From positions 13,392,001 through 13,456,000 of the forward strand of contig JANJGN010000035.1 in the NCBI GenBank assembly GCA_026770705.1: a DNA stretch of 64,000 bases, in the 5' to 3' direction. Under the pieces are notes generated by a model. That model saw nothing but the letters and a program-made list of their open reading frames with translations, had not been told where the DNA came from and searched no databases. Each line of letters opens with the position of its first letter. Within the stretch, counting starts at the first letter, position 1. Shown here one piece after another: positions 25,200 to 38,089 of the stretch. The translations under genes were made by a program, and so were the position numbers. This DNA is from Isurus oxyrinchus (taxonomy: Eukaryota).

Positions 25200-25915
25200 A
25201 GAAGTACAGAGGATTAAGTTTACCTTGGTCTACATGTGCATCGATCCCTGAAGGCAGCAGCATACGTTGATAAGGTGGTGAAGAACGCAAATGGGATACT
25301 TGCCTTCATAGTCCAAGGTATGGAATATAAGATCAGGGAGGTTATGGTGGACCTGTATCGAATGCATTTGAGCCCCATGTGGAGTGTTGTGTGCTGTTCT
25401 GGCCGCTATGCAAAAGGAAGGATGTGATTGCACTAGAAAGGGTGCAGATGAGATACACGAGGGTGTTGCTGGACTGGAGCATTTCAGCCATGAAGACAGC
25501 TTGGGTAGTTTTTTCCTGTCTTCCTTAGAACAGGAAGCTTGAGGGGTAAGCTAAAAGAGAAAGCAAAATTATGAGTGGCATAGATAGCATAGATAAAAAA
25601 AAAAAGCAACATTCCCCATCAGTAGAGGTCTCAATTATCAGGGGACATAGATTTAAGGTAGGTGGCAGGAGTTTTAGTGCAGATCTGAGGATTTACTTTA
25701 AACCTTGGAGGTGGGAGATATCGGAAACTCACTGCCTGAGGGGATGGTAGAGGCAAGAACTCTCACAGCATTTAATAAATATTTGGATGAGCACTAGACA
25801 AGGGTTGGCACACAGGGCTACGGCCAGAAGCTGGCAGCAGGGATTACAATTGACAGGTGCTTGAATGACATGAAGCGCCGAAGCGCCAGGTTATGTGCTA
25901 CGTAACTCTATGACC
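25200..25915 (+). mobile_element. CR1-type LINE 3' part
   Basis: HRSLKAAAYVDKVVKNANGILAFIVQGMEYKIREVMVDLY. Paralog at ~63410-64000. Confidence 0.9.
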
Positions 25916-28669
25916 CGATGAGAGTTTTTGTGCAATGTGCTGATATCAATTATGATTTCATTCACAGCCGCCCAATGAGTCCACTCTTCACGGCATCAGT
26001 TCTCAAACAGCCATACACCAGGGCCCGTCCAGTTGCATGTGATGCTGGCAGGAGTGCTCTCGTGTGCTCTTCATTGGCACAGCAGGAGGTCCAGAGGGAG
26101 GAAATTTGCCGCCATCGGGATGATGTGCAGTTCATGGCTGGGCTTGTTTTTAGTGTCCAAGACCACAAGTAGCTGACTGAAGCTATAGCAACTTGACCAA
26201 CACAATAAAGAGACTAAGTGGAGCTGACCACCTGAACACAAAAGAATAAGAGGAGGACATCATTCCCTTCATTACAGTGCTGGCTCTTTGAAATATCTGT
26301 GCAATTAATCAGTGTTCCCAAGATATTTTCCCATAGCCCCGCAAATATTTAATCAATGCAGATTTCAAGGTTAATATTGAAAATTCTTCCGCCAACATTT
26401 CAAGCAATTTAAAAATATTTGCTCGTCTTCTGTTTCACTCTTATCCTTAGTTCAAATTCCTCCCCTCTCCCCTTTCGTTCTCCCCTCCCCCACCTTGCCA
26501 TCTCTCTAATCAATGATATATTTCCTAACATACCTGTCTGATTTCCTTTCTTTTTCGCCATCTCTCAATAATATGCCTCTAATTCCATCCTCTGCCAAAT
26601 GCCAGTGTCTAGCACCGCACCTGCTTGTCTTCACCTCTCCTCAATTTAACCAAACCCCTTGCGCACACTCATCTATCCATCCTTCACGAGGACATTCTCG
26701 AGTTCAAATTCCCACGTGTTGCACTTTTAAAACGAGGTTTGTTAGAAAACATCATCAAACCTCTGGGAGAAGACACTTGGCAGAAAGTGCTTCGTAACAA
26801 CCACGCCCAGGATAATGTCAACTCCTTCCTCAATCCTTGCCCTCGCAGGTTCACTCTCCTTTACCCGTCTGCCCTCATTTCTCCATCATTTCCACACAAT
26901 GCCCATGTCTCTAACTATGCCTTTCACTTTAAAGAATCTCCAACATCGTGAGGCCGTAGGGGGGCCATCTGTTAATTAAGATAATATTCCTACTGAGCCT
27001 CCTTTTATCCTCTGAGTTAACCACATCTATCTGGAATACAGCAGCTTGGCTTCCTTTCTCTTTCAGTGGTCAAAACCACCGTGTCATCGACAAACACAGC
27101 AATTCTTTGCAAGTTTAAAAATAAACCCGCACCTGTGTCATTTCTCTCCTGACTTGTGTCCATCCATCTATTCCCTCAATGCACCTCGCTGAACCACACC
27201 ATTGGATGTGATTAAAGTTTAAGGATTAAAAGCGCCAGTCAAAGCAATTGAGATGACAAAAGCCAATGTCCGCTGGGCCGTTATCCCCATATCAAACCGA
27301 AGGCTTTACTCAGAGTCGACAATATTCTGAACACCCGGCATTCTGCTGCAGTCTCTTCCTTTCAGAAATCAGTGAAAATGAAGTACAGACAAACAGAAAA
27401 AAAACAAACCATAGGAAGTCTGAGTTACCTTTAAGCTCATGGACCGAAATGCCACTGGTGGGTTTAACACTGTCCCTGACGTACAGGCCCAAGGAAACAC
27501 ATTGGTCTCCGTGAGTGAGATCCCACATGGAAGGAATGAATGATTAATATTATTAAACACGCTGCACAGAAAGCGTGGGGAAGGGGAGAATGTCCAGCAT
27601 TTTAACGGACACGTTGTCCAGTGCAGTCTATTTATTACACAGGCTACGGTTCTCAGGATGTACAAAGTTTCTTGGAATTCACTTTCATCCTTTCAGGGAG
27701 ACGGGAACAAATTTTCTCACAATCAACTAACAATAAATAAACGGCATTGTTTTCCCACTTACTATCCATAATGTCTTTCCATGATTCACATCTTATGCAA
27801 CATTCTAAAGATCCAAAGGAGGAAAGTGAGAGAGACAGCAGTTGTCGCATCTCATGGTCCTGTGAAGGAGCCGTTCGTTTGTTGAGTGAAAGACGAGATA
27901 AAGGGAGGCAGTGGAGCAGCCTGCGAGGGGAATGATTTGCAGAGGGTGGATTGGGACTGGGGAAAGTGAGGGGGGCCGTATGTCTGTTGTGAGGCTATGG
28001 AGGAGGTGGGAGAGAAAATGAGGGAACCCAGGATAGCTTAGTCAGTACAATAACTGACAGTGAAACTGAGAGCGTTGGGTTTGGGTGCTGCTTTTCCACT
28101 GCCCATGAGGCGATGGAACATATTTCCTGCTGCAATCTCCTGCTCCTTGAACAATGGCTGAGTTTGAGCCATGACACATTACAATAGTCGGCTCTTCACA
28201 ATCCGTTTAAAAAGCAGATACCTCGATCAGAACATAACTCCTGCTTCTATACTCATCAGAATGGGAGGCAATGTATTCATATTTTAGTCTAGCTACAAGC
28301 ACAGAACGTCCTTTGCTTAACTGTTCCTGCTGACTCACCAATGCAAGCATAATTCAGGATGGCGCACTGACCGCTGTCTGTCAGATTAACAGGTGCAGGT
28401 GTAGCAAGTGTTTGCCCTCTCAGCTCCTCCAGGTTCGGTAAGTCCACAGTTAATTTCCTACCTGACATGCACCTAACTTACTTGTCCCCAGATCCGCTGA
28501 TTCTCACAGGATCCCGAGAAATTATCGACCTTGATCCCTAATATACTGAGCCGGGAAGGAACATCCTCATGTATTAAGAGTTCAAAAGATTCACAGGCAC
28601 CGGGGCGCTCGGACTTCCACATTAAATCAAACTTTGCATTCACATTGTCATCGACACACATCCTCAACA

Positions 28670-29040
28670 CTTCCCCATCTCACCTCCCTTCCACATCCCC
28701 TCGCCAATATACAGTCTACTTCACCTCAGCAGCACCCTCTCCTCCACCTTCCACTCCCCTCCCCATCGCCCTTCCACATTCTGATTCCCCTACCCCGCAC
28801 TCCGCCTCCTTGCGCTCTCCCCCTCCCAAACCTCCCCACCTGCTCCACGTCCACCTCTCCACTTCCCTCTCCATCAAACCCATCCACCCCTTCCTCTCAC
28901 TCACCACCTTCCCTGCAAACCATCCACTCCTCCACCATCCTTTCAAAATATCCCCTGCCCCGTCCACTCTCGTCCCCTTCCCATACCCCCCACCTGCTCC
29001 ACCCTTCTTGCTCCTCTTCTGCCCCTCTACCCCACATTCA
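28670..29040 (+). repeat. C/T-rich low-complexity tract
   Basis: Seen directly; it is the source of spurious Pro/Ser-rich ORFs. Confidence 0.85.
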
Positions 29041-29829
29041 GTGCAGCGAAATTCATGGATACGATGGATCAGTTGGTTAATGAGCCTTTCAGAAGACAGG
29101 ACATGCCGAGAAACTGCCACTCAACTTATCTCAGGGTGATCGGTTTCAATATCCCGGCAAAAAGGGGAGAGCATCAGCAGTTGACGTGCTAAGTTCCACC
29201 TGAGAGAAACCTTTGCGACTGTGTGGTCAGTGCACGGAAATAAGTCAAAATGGTTCAGGTTTCTGTGCACAATGTACCTGGTGGGCTGTAGTGGTTCAAG
29301 AAGGCAGCTCGCCACCAACCTTCTCCGGAGCGACTAGGAATGGGCAATAAATGCTAGCTCAGCCAATGAAGCCCACATCCGGTGTTTGAATGAAAGAAAG
29401 CTAATAGTGTTCCTGATGTACATATAGAGGAGTTATATTGAACAACAAGTTGGTAGCGTGAACTGCGAGAGAAACTCCCACAAGGATGTACTAAATGATC
29501 AACATGAGTGAACACACTTTGGAAATGCGGCGGGAGGGTATTAGGGAGCAACTATAAGAGGTGAAGTTCTTGTATTTGCAAGTCGATTAACTGCCCAACA
29601 ACATGTCATTGCTGCAACTTAGAGAGTGACAACCAAATAGCCTTTTATCTTTCAATAATCACACTTTCCCGCCACCAGGAACAAATGACCTCTTAGTCTT
29701 TGTTCGAAGTTCGCCCCTTCCTGCACCTTCGATTTATAATTTCCCGATTTTAATTCTGCAAATATATGTCGCTCCTGATCTAATGTCAGCCTTCAAAACA
29801 TGGAGGGTCCAACACAAACTTTTGGTGAG

Positions 29830-30170
29830 GCATTGGGCTAGTGGTTTTCTTATAGGCTGGTAATATAGCAATGCAGTGTAATGTTTTTTTTTGCGACACG
29901 GTGTTGAATCCGACCATAGCAGATGGCTGAATTTCTACTCAACAAATATCTGGAATTAAATATCTAATGATGACCATGAAACCAGCGCCAAAAAAACACA
30001 GCTAGTGCACTCATGCCTTTCGGGACAAAAATCTGCCGACCTCATCTAGCCTGGCCTACGAGTGTCTCCAGACCCACAATAGAAATGTGGTTGACTCTTA
30101 GAAATGCCTCCTGAACAAATATAGGCTCTAAATGCTGACCTAGCCAGTGATAGCTATCATCCCAGGGACA
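29830..30170 (+). mobile_element. tRNA-derived shark SINE, eroded
   Basis: aatctgccgacctcatctagcctggcctacgagtgtctccagacccacaatagaaatgtggttgactctt. Confidence 0.75.
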
Positions 30171-30400
30171 AATTCTAAAATCAATTGCCGCATCACACGG
30201 TACCACATTGACAGATCGAGTAATTGCCGCAGGGAGAATATTGATGAATGAGAAGCCATAGGGAGAGAATGGGCCGTCGGGATTGCAAATGTTCTGCAGA
30301 GGCTGGAATTGATTCGAAAGGAATGAAAAATAAAATAGACAGATATTGCAATGCCTGTTTTTAGGCATTGAAGAACGCTGTGTCAAAATCAGCACTCCGA

Positions 30401-30473
30401 ACTGAGATAGTTTATTCGCTAGAGCTTCAGACTTTTAATCTGAAAGTGCAGGATTCAAGCACCTGTTTGGGAA
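30401..30473 (+). tRNA. tRNA-Lys(UUU) pseudogene
   Basis: Gapless 73-nt alignment to the vertebrate tRNA-Lys-TTT sequence recalled from memory (about 55/73). The anticodon arm tcagacttttaatctga is intact; the acceptor stem and D-arm are broken. Confidence 0.8.
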
Positions 30474-30599
30474 TCACTGTTTAGCCTTCGAGCTTCAACT
30501 CTGTCTCAAAGATTCCAAAGAAGAAAGGAATTCATTTTGAATGCGACTGTCCAGTGTTTGCTTTGCCAGTGCCCTGTTAAATCAATTTCATTTTCTCTC

Positions 30600-30695
30600 T
30601 TTCGAAGGGTCACAGGGACTCGAAACATTAAAGCTGTTTCGCTCTCCGCAGAAAACTGCTAGACCTGCTGAGTTATACCAGCATTTTCCGTTTTG
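30600..30695 (+). mobile_element. Penelope-like pLTR remnant
   Basis: gaagggtcacagggactcgaaac...agacctgctgagtt. Confidence 0.65.
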
Positions 30696-32409
30696 GTTGG
30701 AATGAACTTTACTGTTGCCTTATCGGTGGTGTAACTGAAAGTCAGATTGTTTTGCAGATTATCGTAATTATTACAGTAGTAATGTTTTGCTTTCCACATT
30801 TCTTTTGTAAAAAAAAAACATTTAATTTTAGTTTTATAGAAGAAACGACTCCCGAGAGTTGGTGGTCTTATTACGACTGAAATGTAAGCCTGCATCTCGA
30901 AATTGCAAAAATGCATTGTCACAGTCGTTTTAAGTATCCCTGTGGTATTTGAAAAAAACTCAGCATTTTCCATCGGCTGTGTCATAATAATTGGCGAAGG
31001 TTTCGGCCACCCGTGAAACTATCAAAAACAAATATTTCCTTCTGAGTTTGCTTCCTGACCCGAACTGTTTCAGAAGTGGCTTCAGAAACACAGCCTTTTT
31101 ACCATGTCCCAGTATCAGCAGCTTCAATGGATTTCTCTCTCTTTCAGAATGTTATTCGGCTTTCGCGCTGAGACTATTTTACTCCTTTTAGAATTGACTC
31201 TTGATTGATCGAGATATGCTAATTCTTCAGCCTCGGGAAAAAAGATGCTTTATCGGTGTGCAACTATATTTTATACTAAGGAGACTGCGATAGATCCAAT
31301 AATCATCCGTCTGAGGTCAAAAGAAAGAAGCCTTATGCAAATTGTGCTCCTAATTAACCAAATAAAAAGTGGAATGCTGCTGCTGAATCTGCAATTTTTC
31401 CACCCCAGTTTAAAATAATACAGGTGTTGCTCTGAAGAGTGTCTGCAAGAATATGACAAAAAGGGGCAGGAGTAGCACCCACTGGCCGTTATTACTACTC
31501 CAGCGTTCAATATGGTCATGCATCATGTAAATGTCAGCTGCATGAACAGTCCTCCTGTCCCTTTCCCCTGACTGGACATGCAGAAATATTGAAAATTGCC
31601 TTGACTAGAATGAGCGCAGTTCCACCATTTGAAAAATTCAAAATCTGCAAATACCTGAAATGAAGAGATTTTGAGAGGTAAGTTGACGGATTGAAAGTCG
31701 CTGGGGACTGCCAGACCCTCAGAACAAGGCGTTGGCGATTATCTCTGAAACGAGGAAAATGTTTTTCTTCAAATTCTTCTGAACGCTCTGAATTCTAAAT
31801 TAGGGAGAACTGCGCATACTTTATGATTATAATCGGGACTGAGGTCGCTAATTCCCGTTCTCCTGGCACAACAAAGATTTATGAGGAAAGTTCAGGAAGG
31901 TGACATTGAGATAGGAGCTGAGCCTGGAGCATGTTGAATGTTGGAGTTCTCCTGAACGGCAGCAGATTCTGCTTCTGTTCCTGGTACGCATCAGAGAAAA
32001 TGTATGTAACATTTGCCTGAGTGCAGCAGGAGTGCAAATTCCTAATTTTAATTGGGAATACAATTTGTAATCTCTGTGTTCAACTTGCCTGTGTTCAACT
32101 TGTTAGAATTAAGAGCAGACTGGTGGAGACATATTTGATGTTAAAGTTGTGAAATCGGGAGAAACCTATTCAGCCTGTCCTCTAGAACAGAAAGGGCTAG
32201 TACAATCAACGCTCCAGTCAGGGCGTATTGCTTACAAAAATAATTCTTGCTGTAAATTTGCAAGAAATTGGCGGAAAAAAACAATGGCACCAATACTTTC
32301 ACACACTTCGGTCGAAATTTTAAAGATTAAACCATTAATACACCATGGAGCTGGAGGGAAATCCAGCATCAGTTGTTTAAAGTTCGTTATTTTAAATGAG
32401 GTGGATTGT

Positions 32410-32474
32410 CGCCCGACCAAGGACTTGAACCCTGTTCCTCGGATTTAGAGCTCTTCCGAATGAGTTACAGGGGT
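32410..32474 (-). tRNA. tRNA-Lys(UUU) pseudogene with internal deletion
   Basis: cgcccgaccaaggacttgaaccctg...ctcttccgaatgagtta matches the antisense of tRNA-Lys-TTT, with ~7 nt missing in the anticodon arm. Confidence 0.7.
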
Positions 32475-32839
32475 TTCATGCAAAGGCTACTGAATCTTCT
32501 GAATTCTGATCGCTGGATAACTGCCTATACTCGTTGATTATATTCAATTCAGTGAGGGTATTACCCCGTGTACTATCAGATTAGGGGATATGAAGACTGA
32601 TTAAGGAGGTGCAATTGAGAGAGAAGATAATTGATGAAGATATTGAATGGATCAGCAGACGTGAAGGCCGGGAGATGCTACTCCAGCTCCCATTTCTGAT
32701 GTTCTTCGAGACACTCATCAGAGAATCAAGCGGGATGATATTGATCTGGGGTGGAAGGAGTGCAGATTCAGCCGCAGCTTTCCGCTTTGTAATCAGTTAC
32801 TCAGCCAGATAGTTTACAAACCGCGGCCTTCTGTTGTCT

Positions 32840-33360
32840 CCAGTATGTTAAAATGAAGAGTAGGTTGTTGGAGATATCCATGGTGTTAAAATGGTTATAC
32901 ATTGAAAAAAAATCAGAGTGTTAAAATTAGAGTTCGCCCTTTTCAAAACAAAGATGAGACTGTTTCTCGCTCTGAGGGTTGTGCAAATTTGGAACTCTGC
33001 CTGAGCAGGCGGCGGACGCGGGGATGAATGAATTTATTTATGGCGGAGGGAGATGGGTTTTTGTATAGAAGCAAAACGCTGCGGATGTTAGAAATCTGAA
33101 ACAAAAACAGAAAATGCTAACTGAAACTCAGCTGGCCAAACAAATTCTGTGCAGGGAAAAAAAGGAGTTAAAATTTCGAGTCCTTATGACTCTGCGTCAG
33201 AATAGAGACCCTTGTTCGAAGGGAATCAATGGGTACGGGAAGCTGGGAGGATAAATGTGATTGTGGAACTCAAAACACAAACAGATCAGAGCCATGAACG
33301 TCTTGAATGGGGGAGCAGGCTCGAGGGGCCGGATGCCCTACTTCTGCTCCTATTTCCTTT
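32840..33360 (+). mobile_element. CR1 3' end interrupted by a Penelope pLTR remnant (~33068-33203, minus strand)
   Basis: CR1 motifs agggttgtgcaaatttggaactc and aggctcgaggggccggatg flank gctgcggatgttagaaatctgaaacaaaaacag...ttcgagtcc. Confidence 0.7.
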
Positions 33361-34499
33361 GTCCTGAAAAATGGGAAAATCTGGGACAATCAAGCGCCAA
33401 GTCAGGATGTACTTTATCTGGCAGAAAGGCTCACTGGAAATAATCAACACGATTCTCAAAAAAAGGGTCAAACCTATGAAGATTTGGCGAATATGTGGGC
33501 TTTTTAATACATCCTGAAGGTCATTGCAATCTATTGCATTCAAACAGCAAGAATCTCAGCGTCAACCGCTTACAGTGCTCCGGTTCACACGAGTTGAATA
33601 CATGGAGCTGAACGAATCACCCAAAAACGAATCTGAAACTGTAACACTCAAATGTATATTGGAATCCTCTTGCAACCCGGCAATCTTTTAGCTCACCCAC
33701 AGAGCTTCAATGTCTGTCAAAAATATCAAACCTTCCCAATATATCACATTACATTCCCAGAACATTGCCCGCCATAGACCATTACCACGACAGGCAGACC
33801 CACTCCCGGCTTCACAGAACACTTCGTCTTGTCCCCAATCCTCGCTGTTCCACACAGCCGCGTGATATGACAACTGTTATTTCCCACGTTTCCGTTATGA
33901 GTCCCTGCAAACTTTTGAAGATAACGTTAATTAAAATACATGCATTTGCAGTAACGGCAGCTGGGACGTTACAATTTGAAAGACAATGTCCTTAGGGTCG
34001 GAAAATAACATCATCCGATTAGCCATGGGAAATGCGATGTCAGTCACCTTGAAAGCGTGCCATTGTCACTTGAGCGTATCACATCATTTTGGGGCAGTCA
34101 TTAGATTTTAGAAGAGCGAGATCTTCCTTAAAACATTGCAAGTGTTTACCGTCTTCCTCCGCGTTTTCTGAACTGCTATCGATCACTCCATCCTTGCTGC
34201 GGATTTTGCTCTAAGGTCACACGGCGACATCGTAGCTCAATATCGCCTAAAGAACCTGAATATCAGGAAGTGAACGAACGGCATTTAGGTACAGGTGCAG
34301 AAAGACAAGTTAGACCCTCATGTGTTAGGACTTCATTCGTAAAGCTTCGTAAACAGTGAAAGGATAACCGTCAGGGGACATGCCCTTACTCAAGAGGTTC
34401 AATACCGACCACACTGGGATGAATGAAAACTAAGAAGAGCCACGACGTTAGTGAATTTTGGAGTAGGAATGAAAACCAATAGGTTCTACGCATTTTTAA

Positions 34500-34830
34500 A
34501 ATTCATTTATGGGATGTGGGCTTCGCTGGCTGGGCCAGCATTTGTTGCCCCTCCCTAATTAACCCTTGGAAATGTGGTGCTTAGCTGCCTTGTTGATCGG
34601 ATGCAGTTCCTGTGGTGTAGGTACAACCACAGTGCTGTTTGGACGGGAGTTTCAGGATTTTGACCCAGCGACAGTGAGATTACGGGCACCATACTTCAGA
34701 GTCAGGGTGCTGAGTGAATTGGAGTGGAACTTCCAGGTCTTCGTGTCCCCATATATCTGCTGCCTGTCTCCTTCCAGATGACAGTGCTCATGGGTTTGTA
34801 AAGTGCTGTCGAATAAGCCTCGGTGAATTC
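34500..34830 (-). mobile_element. CR1-superfamily LINE 3' end (SINE partner family)
   Basis: gggatgtgggcttcgctggctgggccagcatttgttgccc...gggagtttcaggattttgacccagcgacagtg. Confidence 0.85.
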
Positions 34831-34949
34831 CTGCCAGTGCACTTATTTCTCATATTCCTAACATTTGAATGCCAAATCAATTAAATGTTCTTAATCTCTG
34901 CAGCTATCACCTGGCGTGAGTAATTCCTGCATTTGCCCTTTTCAATACA

Positions 34950-36420
34950 AAATTATGTAGAGTTGAGAAGGGTGACAGGTGATCTCCTGGAAGCGCATAA
35001 CATTTCAAGGAAATTGAGAGGCTAGATTTTTGAAGGCTGTTCCCTAAGCCTCGGGATTCTAACTGTATGACTCAGGGTGATAGGAAAAGAAGGAAACGAG
35101 GACAGGTGGCAGTATTGAGTAAGGAGATCATTGCAGTGGTGGAGATAAACGAAATTCCAGAGTGTTCAGGGAAAATACTTATTTAGTCCGAGGTAAGGAG
35201 CAAAAGTCGACACTGGCATGTTCCGGTGTAGTGTACAGGCCACCAATAATGGAACGGATGTAGAAACAACTTTTGGCGGGAAACGATGGAGAAGATGAAT
35301 AATTATAAAGCAGTTACGACAGGTGATGTAATTTTTCTAATATAAACTGAGAAAATACTGTTGAAAATTGCAGAGAGATGCAAAAATTATTCGTATGTAT
35401 TCTGGATAGAATTCTTCTTTTTTTGGACCTCTTAACATTTAGGTTGCCTATGGAAAGAGTAAAATGGCAATCCGATGTACCATTAAATCACAGGGAGAAA
35501 GCCAACTGATATGGTGTAAGAATGGATCTGGCCCTGTTAAATAGAAATCAACAGCTACCTGGCGAAATGGTAACTAAACAATCGTTGTCATTTAAGCATG
35601 AGATATCACAAAAGGCAGTTCTAATAAACACAAAGTTTGTTTCTATGTGAAAGTGGTAGAGATTGACAGGAAGTGGATAAGGTTTGATTATGTCTGCAGT
35701 AAGTTGGATACTGTGATCAGGAATCGGGCTGATTTCAGAAGGTGCAAAAGGGAAGTGACAAAACAAATATAAGGAGCAAACAGGGAGTATGAGAAGGGAC
35801 TTCCGAACCCATCCACAACCTCCCCAACTGCAACAATAGGAAGTATTGAATTCTCCACTATGACTTATGAAGATACAAACAACGAGTATGAGTAGTCCAT
35901 TCTGCCCCTAGAGCCCGCTCCACTTCCAAAAAGATCATGGGTGGCCTGCTATGTAGCTCAAATCTGCACAGCGGAATAACCCCGTTAGCCATGTACCCCG
36001 TTGCTTGCAACTAATCTATCCGCCTTTGCCTTTAAAGTATTCAAATACTTTGCCTCCACCGCTATTTCAGAAAGATGGTTCCAAAGACAAAGAACAGTCT
36101 GACAATAAATTCGACTCATCTCCGTTTCAAGTTAACAACTGCTTCATAAAAACAGCAAGCCATTGGGTCAGAATCTTACAGAAGAGGAAACATCTTCTAC
36201 ACATCCACTCTATCATGGCCTCTCAGGATCTTTTATGTTTCAATCAGGTAGCCTCTTTGCCTGCTGAAATTCAGCAGCTGAAAGCCTAACTGGTCCAATC
36301 TTTCCTCATGAGACAAGCTGCCCAATCCAGGTGTTAGCCTGGTAAACCCTCACTGAACTGTTCCCAACGCACTTACATCCTTCATGAAATAACTTGACCA
36401 ATACTGTAAACTGGCCCCTG
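34950..36420. mobile_element. Eroded CR1 fragments (+ strand 34950-35800, endonuclease region; - strand 35870-36420, 3' end)
   Basis: GVVYRPP (ggtgtagtgtacaggccacca) and GDVIF motifs; antisense CR1 tail gagtagtccattctgcccctagagcccgctcc. Confidence 0.65.
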
Positions 36421-38089
36421 CCCTCCAGCCTGTAATGTCTGCTGTGATCCTTCCCCCTCCTTCCAAACAATTTCCAAAGAAGACAAGTAGGGGAAGGGAG
36501 CATGTTAGGTGAAAGGTGAACCACTGATGTTGCCCTATCAACAGGTGTGAGAACGGGACAGGCGAGGGAGGGTCTGTCCCCTCCTCCACCAACAACGCCT
36601 TCCTTCTCTTCTACCACCACCACCCCTGTCCGCCTGCCGTCAGCGAGGTTCTTATTTTACTCCACCCCCTATCTAAGCCCTGGAAAGCCACTGCATGAGG
36701 GCGCTGGTCGCGGAACGCAGGTATCACACTCTTTTCCACGGAGCTCCCAACTTCAGCACAGCCACTTGCCAAATCACTCATCCAGTCCGCGGGCCGTCAT
36801 TCGTCAAGCCCCGCACCCCCCACGGTCGGCCGCCCCACCCATGAACACCAGCCACATCATGAAGGAGTTGGGGCGCCTTGATGAACACTGACTCACCCAT
36901 TCGACAATTAGCAACTCAAAGCTTTCCAGTTGGCAATCTTAATTCCATGGAATTTTCTTCTAGCTTCAACAGCCCATCTTTGAAATGACATTCCCGATTT
37001 AAATAACATCTAATCAGAAACCCCTCTGCCCCATGGCGCACAATGGAACAGTCCACGTTTGCGGTTTCCAACATTTAAAGTAATAGGGATACACTTACCA
37101 AATTGTTGCTGCAATCTGTTCACAAACTTTTGATCTGTTATCTCCTAAAACTGGTTTTAACCAATATTACGTCAAATTTACTTTGGATAAAGTGCGACAT
37201 TCCCAATCTGGATCACTTCAATATCTCAGGTGCGCTTTTTAAATTGAACACAAAGTCACCCCCTCCTCAATTAAAGATGGATTAGTTCACTATGGAACAG
37301 GCCAGTACGAGATTAATTGGACTGATTCACGTGATAGGGAGGGGATCAACGCCAGTCTAAGGCCTCTTTAATTCGGGTTTTCCACATAATATTAAAAAGT
37401 AATAGTTGTTATCATGAAATCATACCGAATTTAACAGCATTTACGAGCAAATCTAGTTTAAGGATAACGCGGTTACAAAGATGATATTTTATATCCCCCC
37501 ACCCATCCCCCCGCAGCTTTGATTTGAGAATGACCATGTTGAACTGAGGCAGTGGCTCAGGTGACGTTGGACCTCCTTCCCGACCTCCATCCCTTCCCCA
37601 CCGCCCTCCTGCATTAATTGATGACAAGGTTATTCAGAGACTCATCAATGGTGTTGCTCTGAGTTCTTGTTGTGTTTGTGTTCCCTGATGCTGGTAATCA
37701 TCACAGTTTAATCTTTGAAGGATGGCGACTCTTCAATAGGCAGGAAGGTGGAGATAAGGCCACAATTAGGTTAGCCATGATTGGCAGATCAGACACGATG
37801 GGCCGAATGGCCTTACACCTGCTCCGTTTGCTTAAGCTTTTGTTGCAATTAGACGGTGGTCTCGTGCCAATGTCGCTGAACTGTTAATACCGAGACCAAG
37901 GCTAATGTACTGAGGGTATGGTGGAACTTAATATCCAGTGAAGTAATTTAAATTCACTTGCCGATGCTGCCTTGTGCAACAGTATATGTTTTGAATTGGT
38001 TCTGTGAGACATCGCACAACATCCCAAAACTAAGACGATTCAGAACATCCTTATCGAAAAGTAAACCCTTCTTATGTGATTGAGGGAAA

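Larger units (their letters stand above)
1..25660 (+). repeat. Tandem segmental duplication, copy A (extends left of the window)
   Basis: Collinear with 42943-64000. Anchor pairs: 1 gtctcttttctcagcaacacccaag vs 42943 tctctcttttttcagcaacactcagg; 7707 vs 51992; 20830 vs 58879; 25612 vs 63955. The order of TE fragments is the same in both copies. Confidence 0.95.

Noticed and set aside
28531-29139. 202-aa Pro/Ser-rich ORF
   Set aside because: Translation of low-complexity C/T DNA, open in several frames and on both strands.
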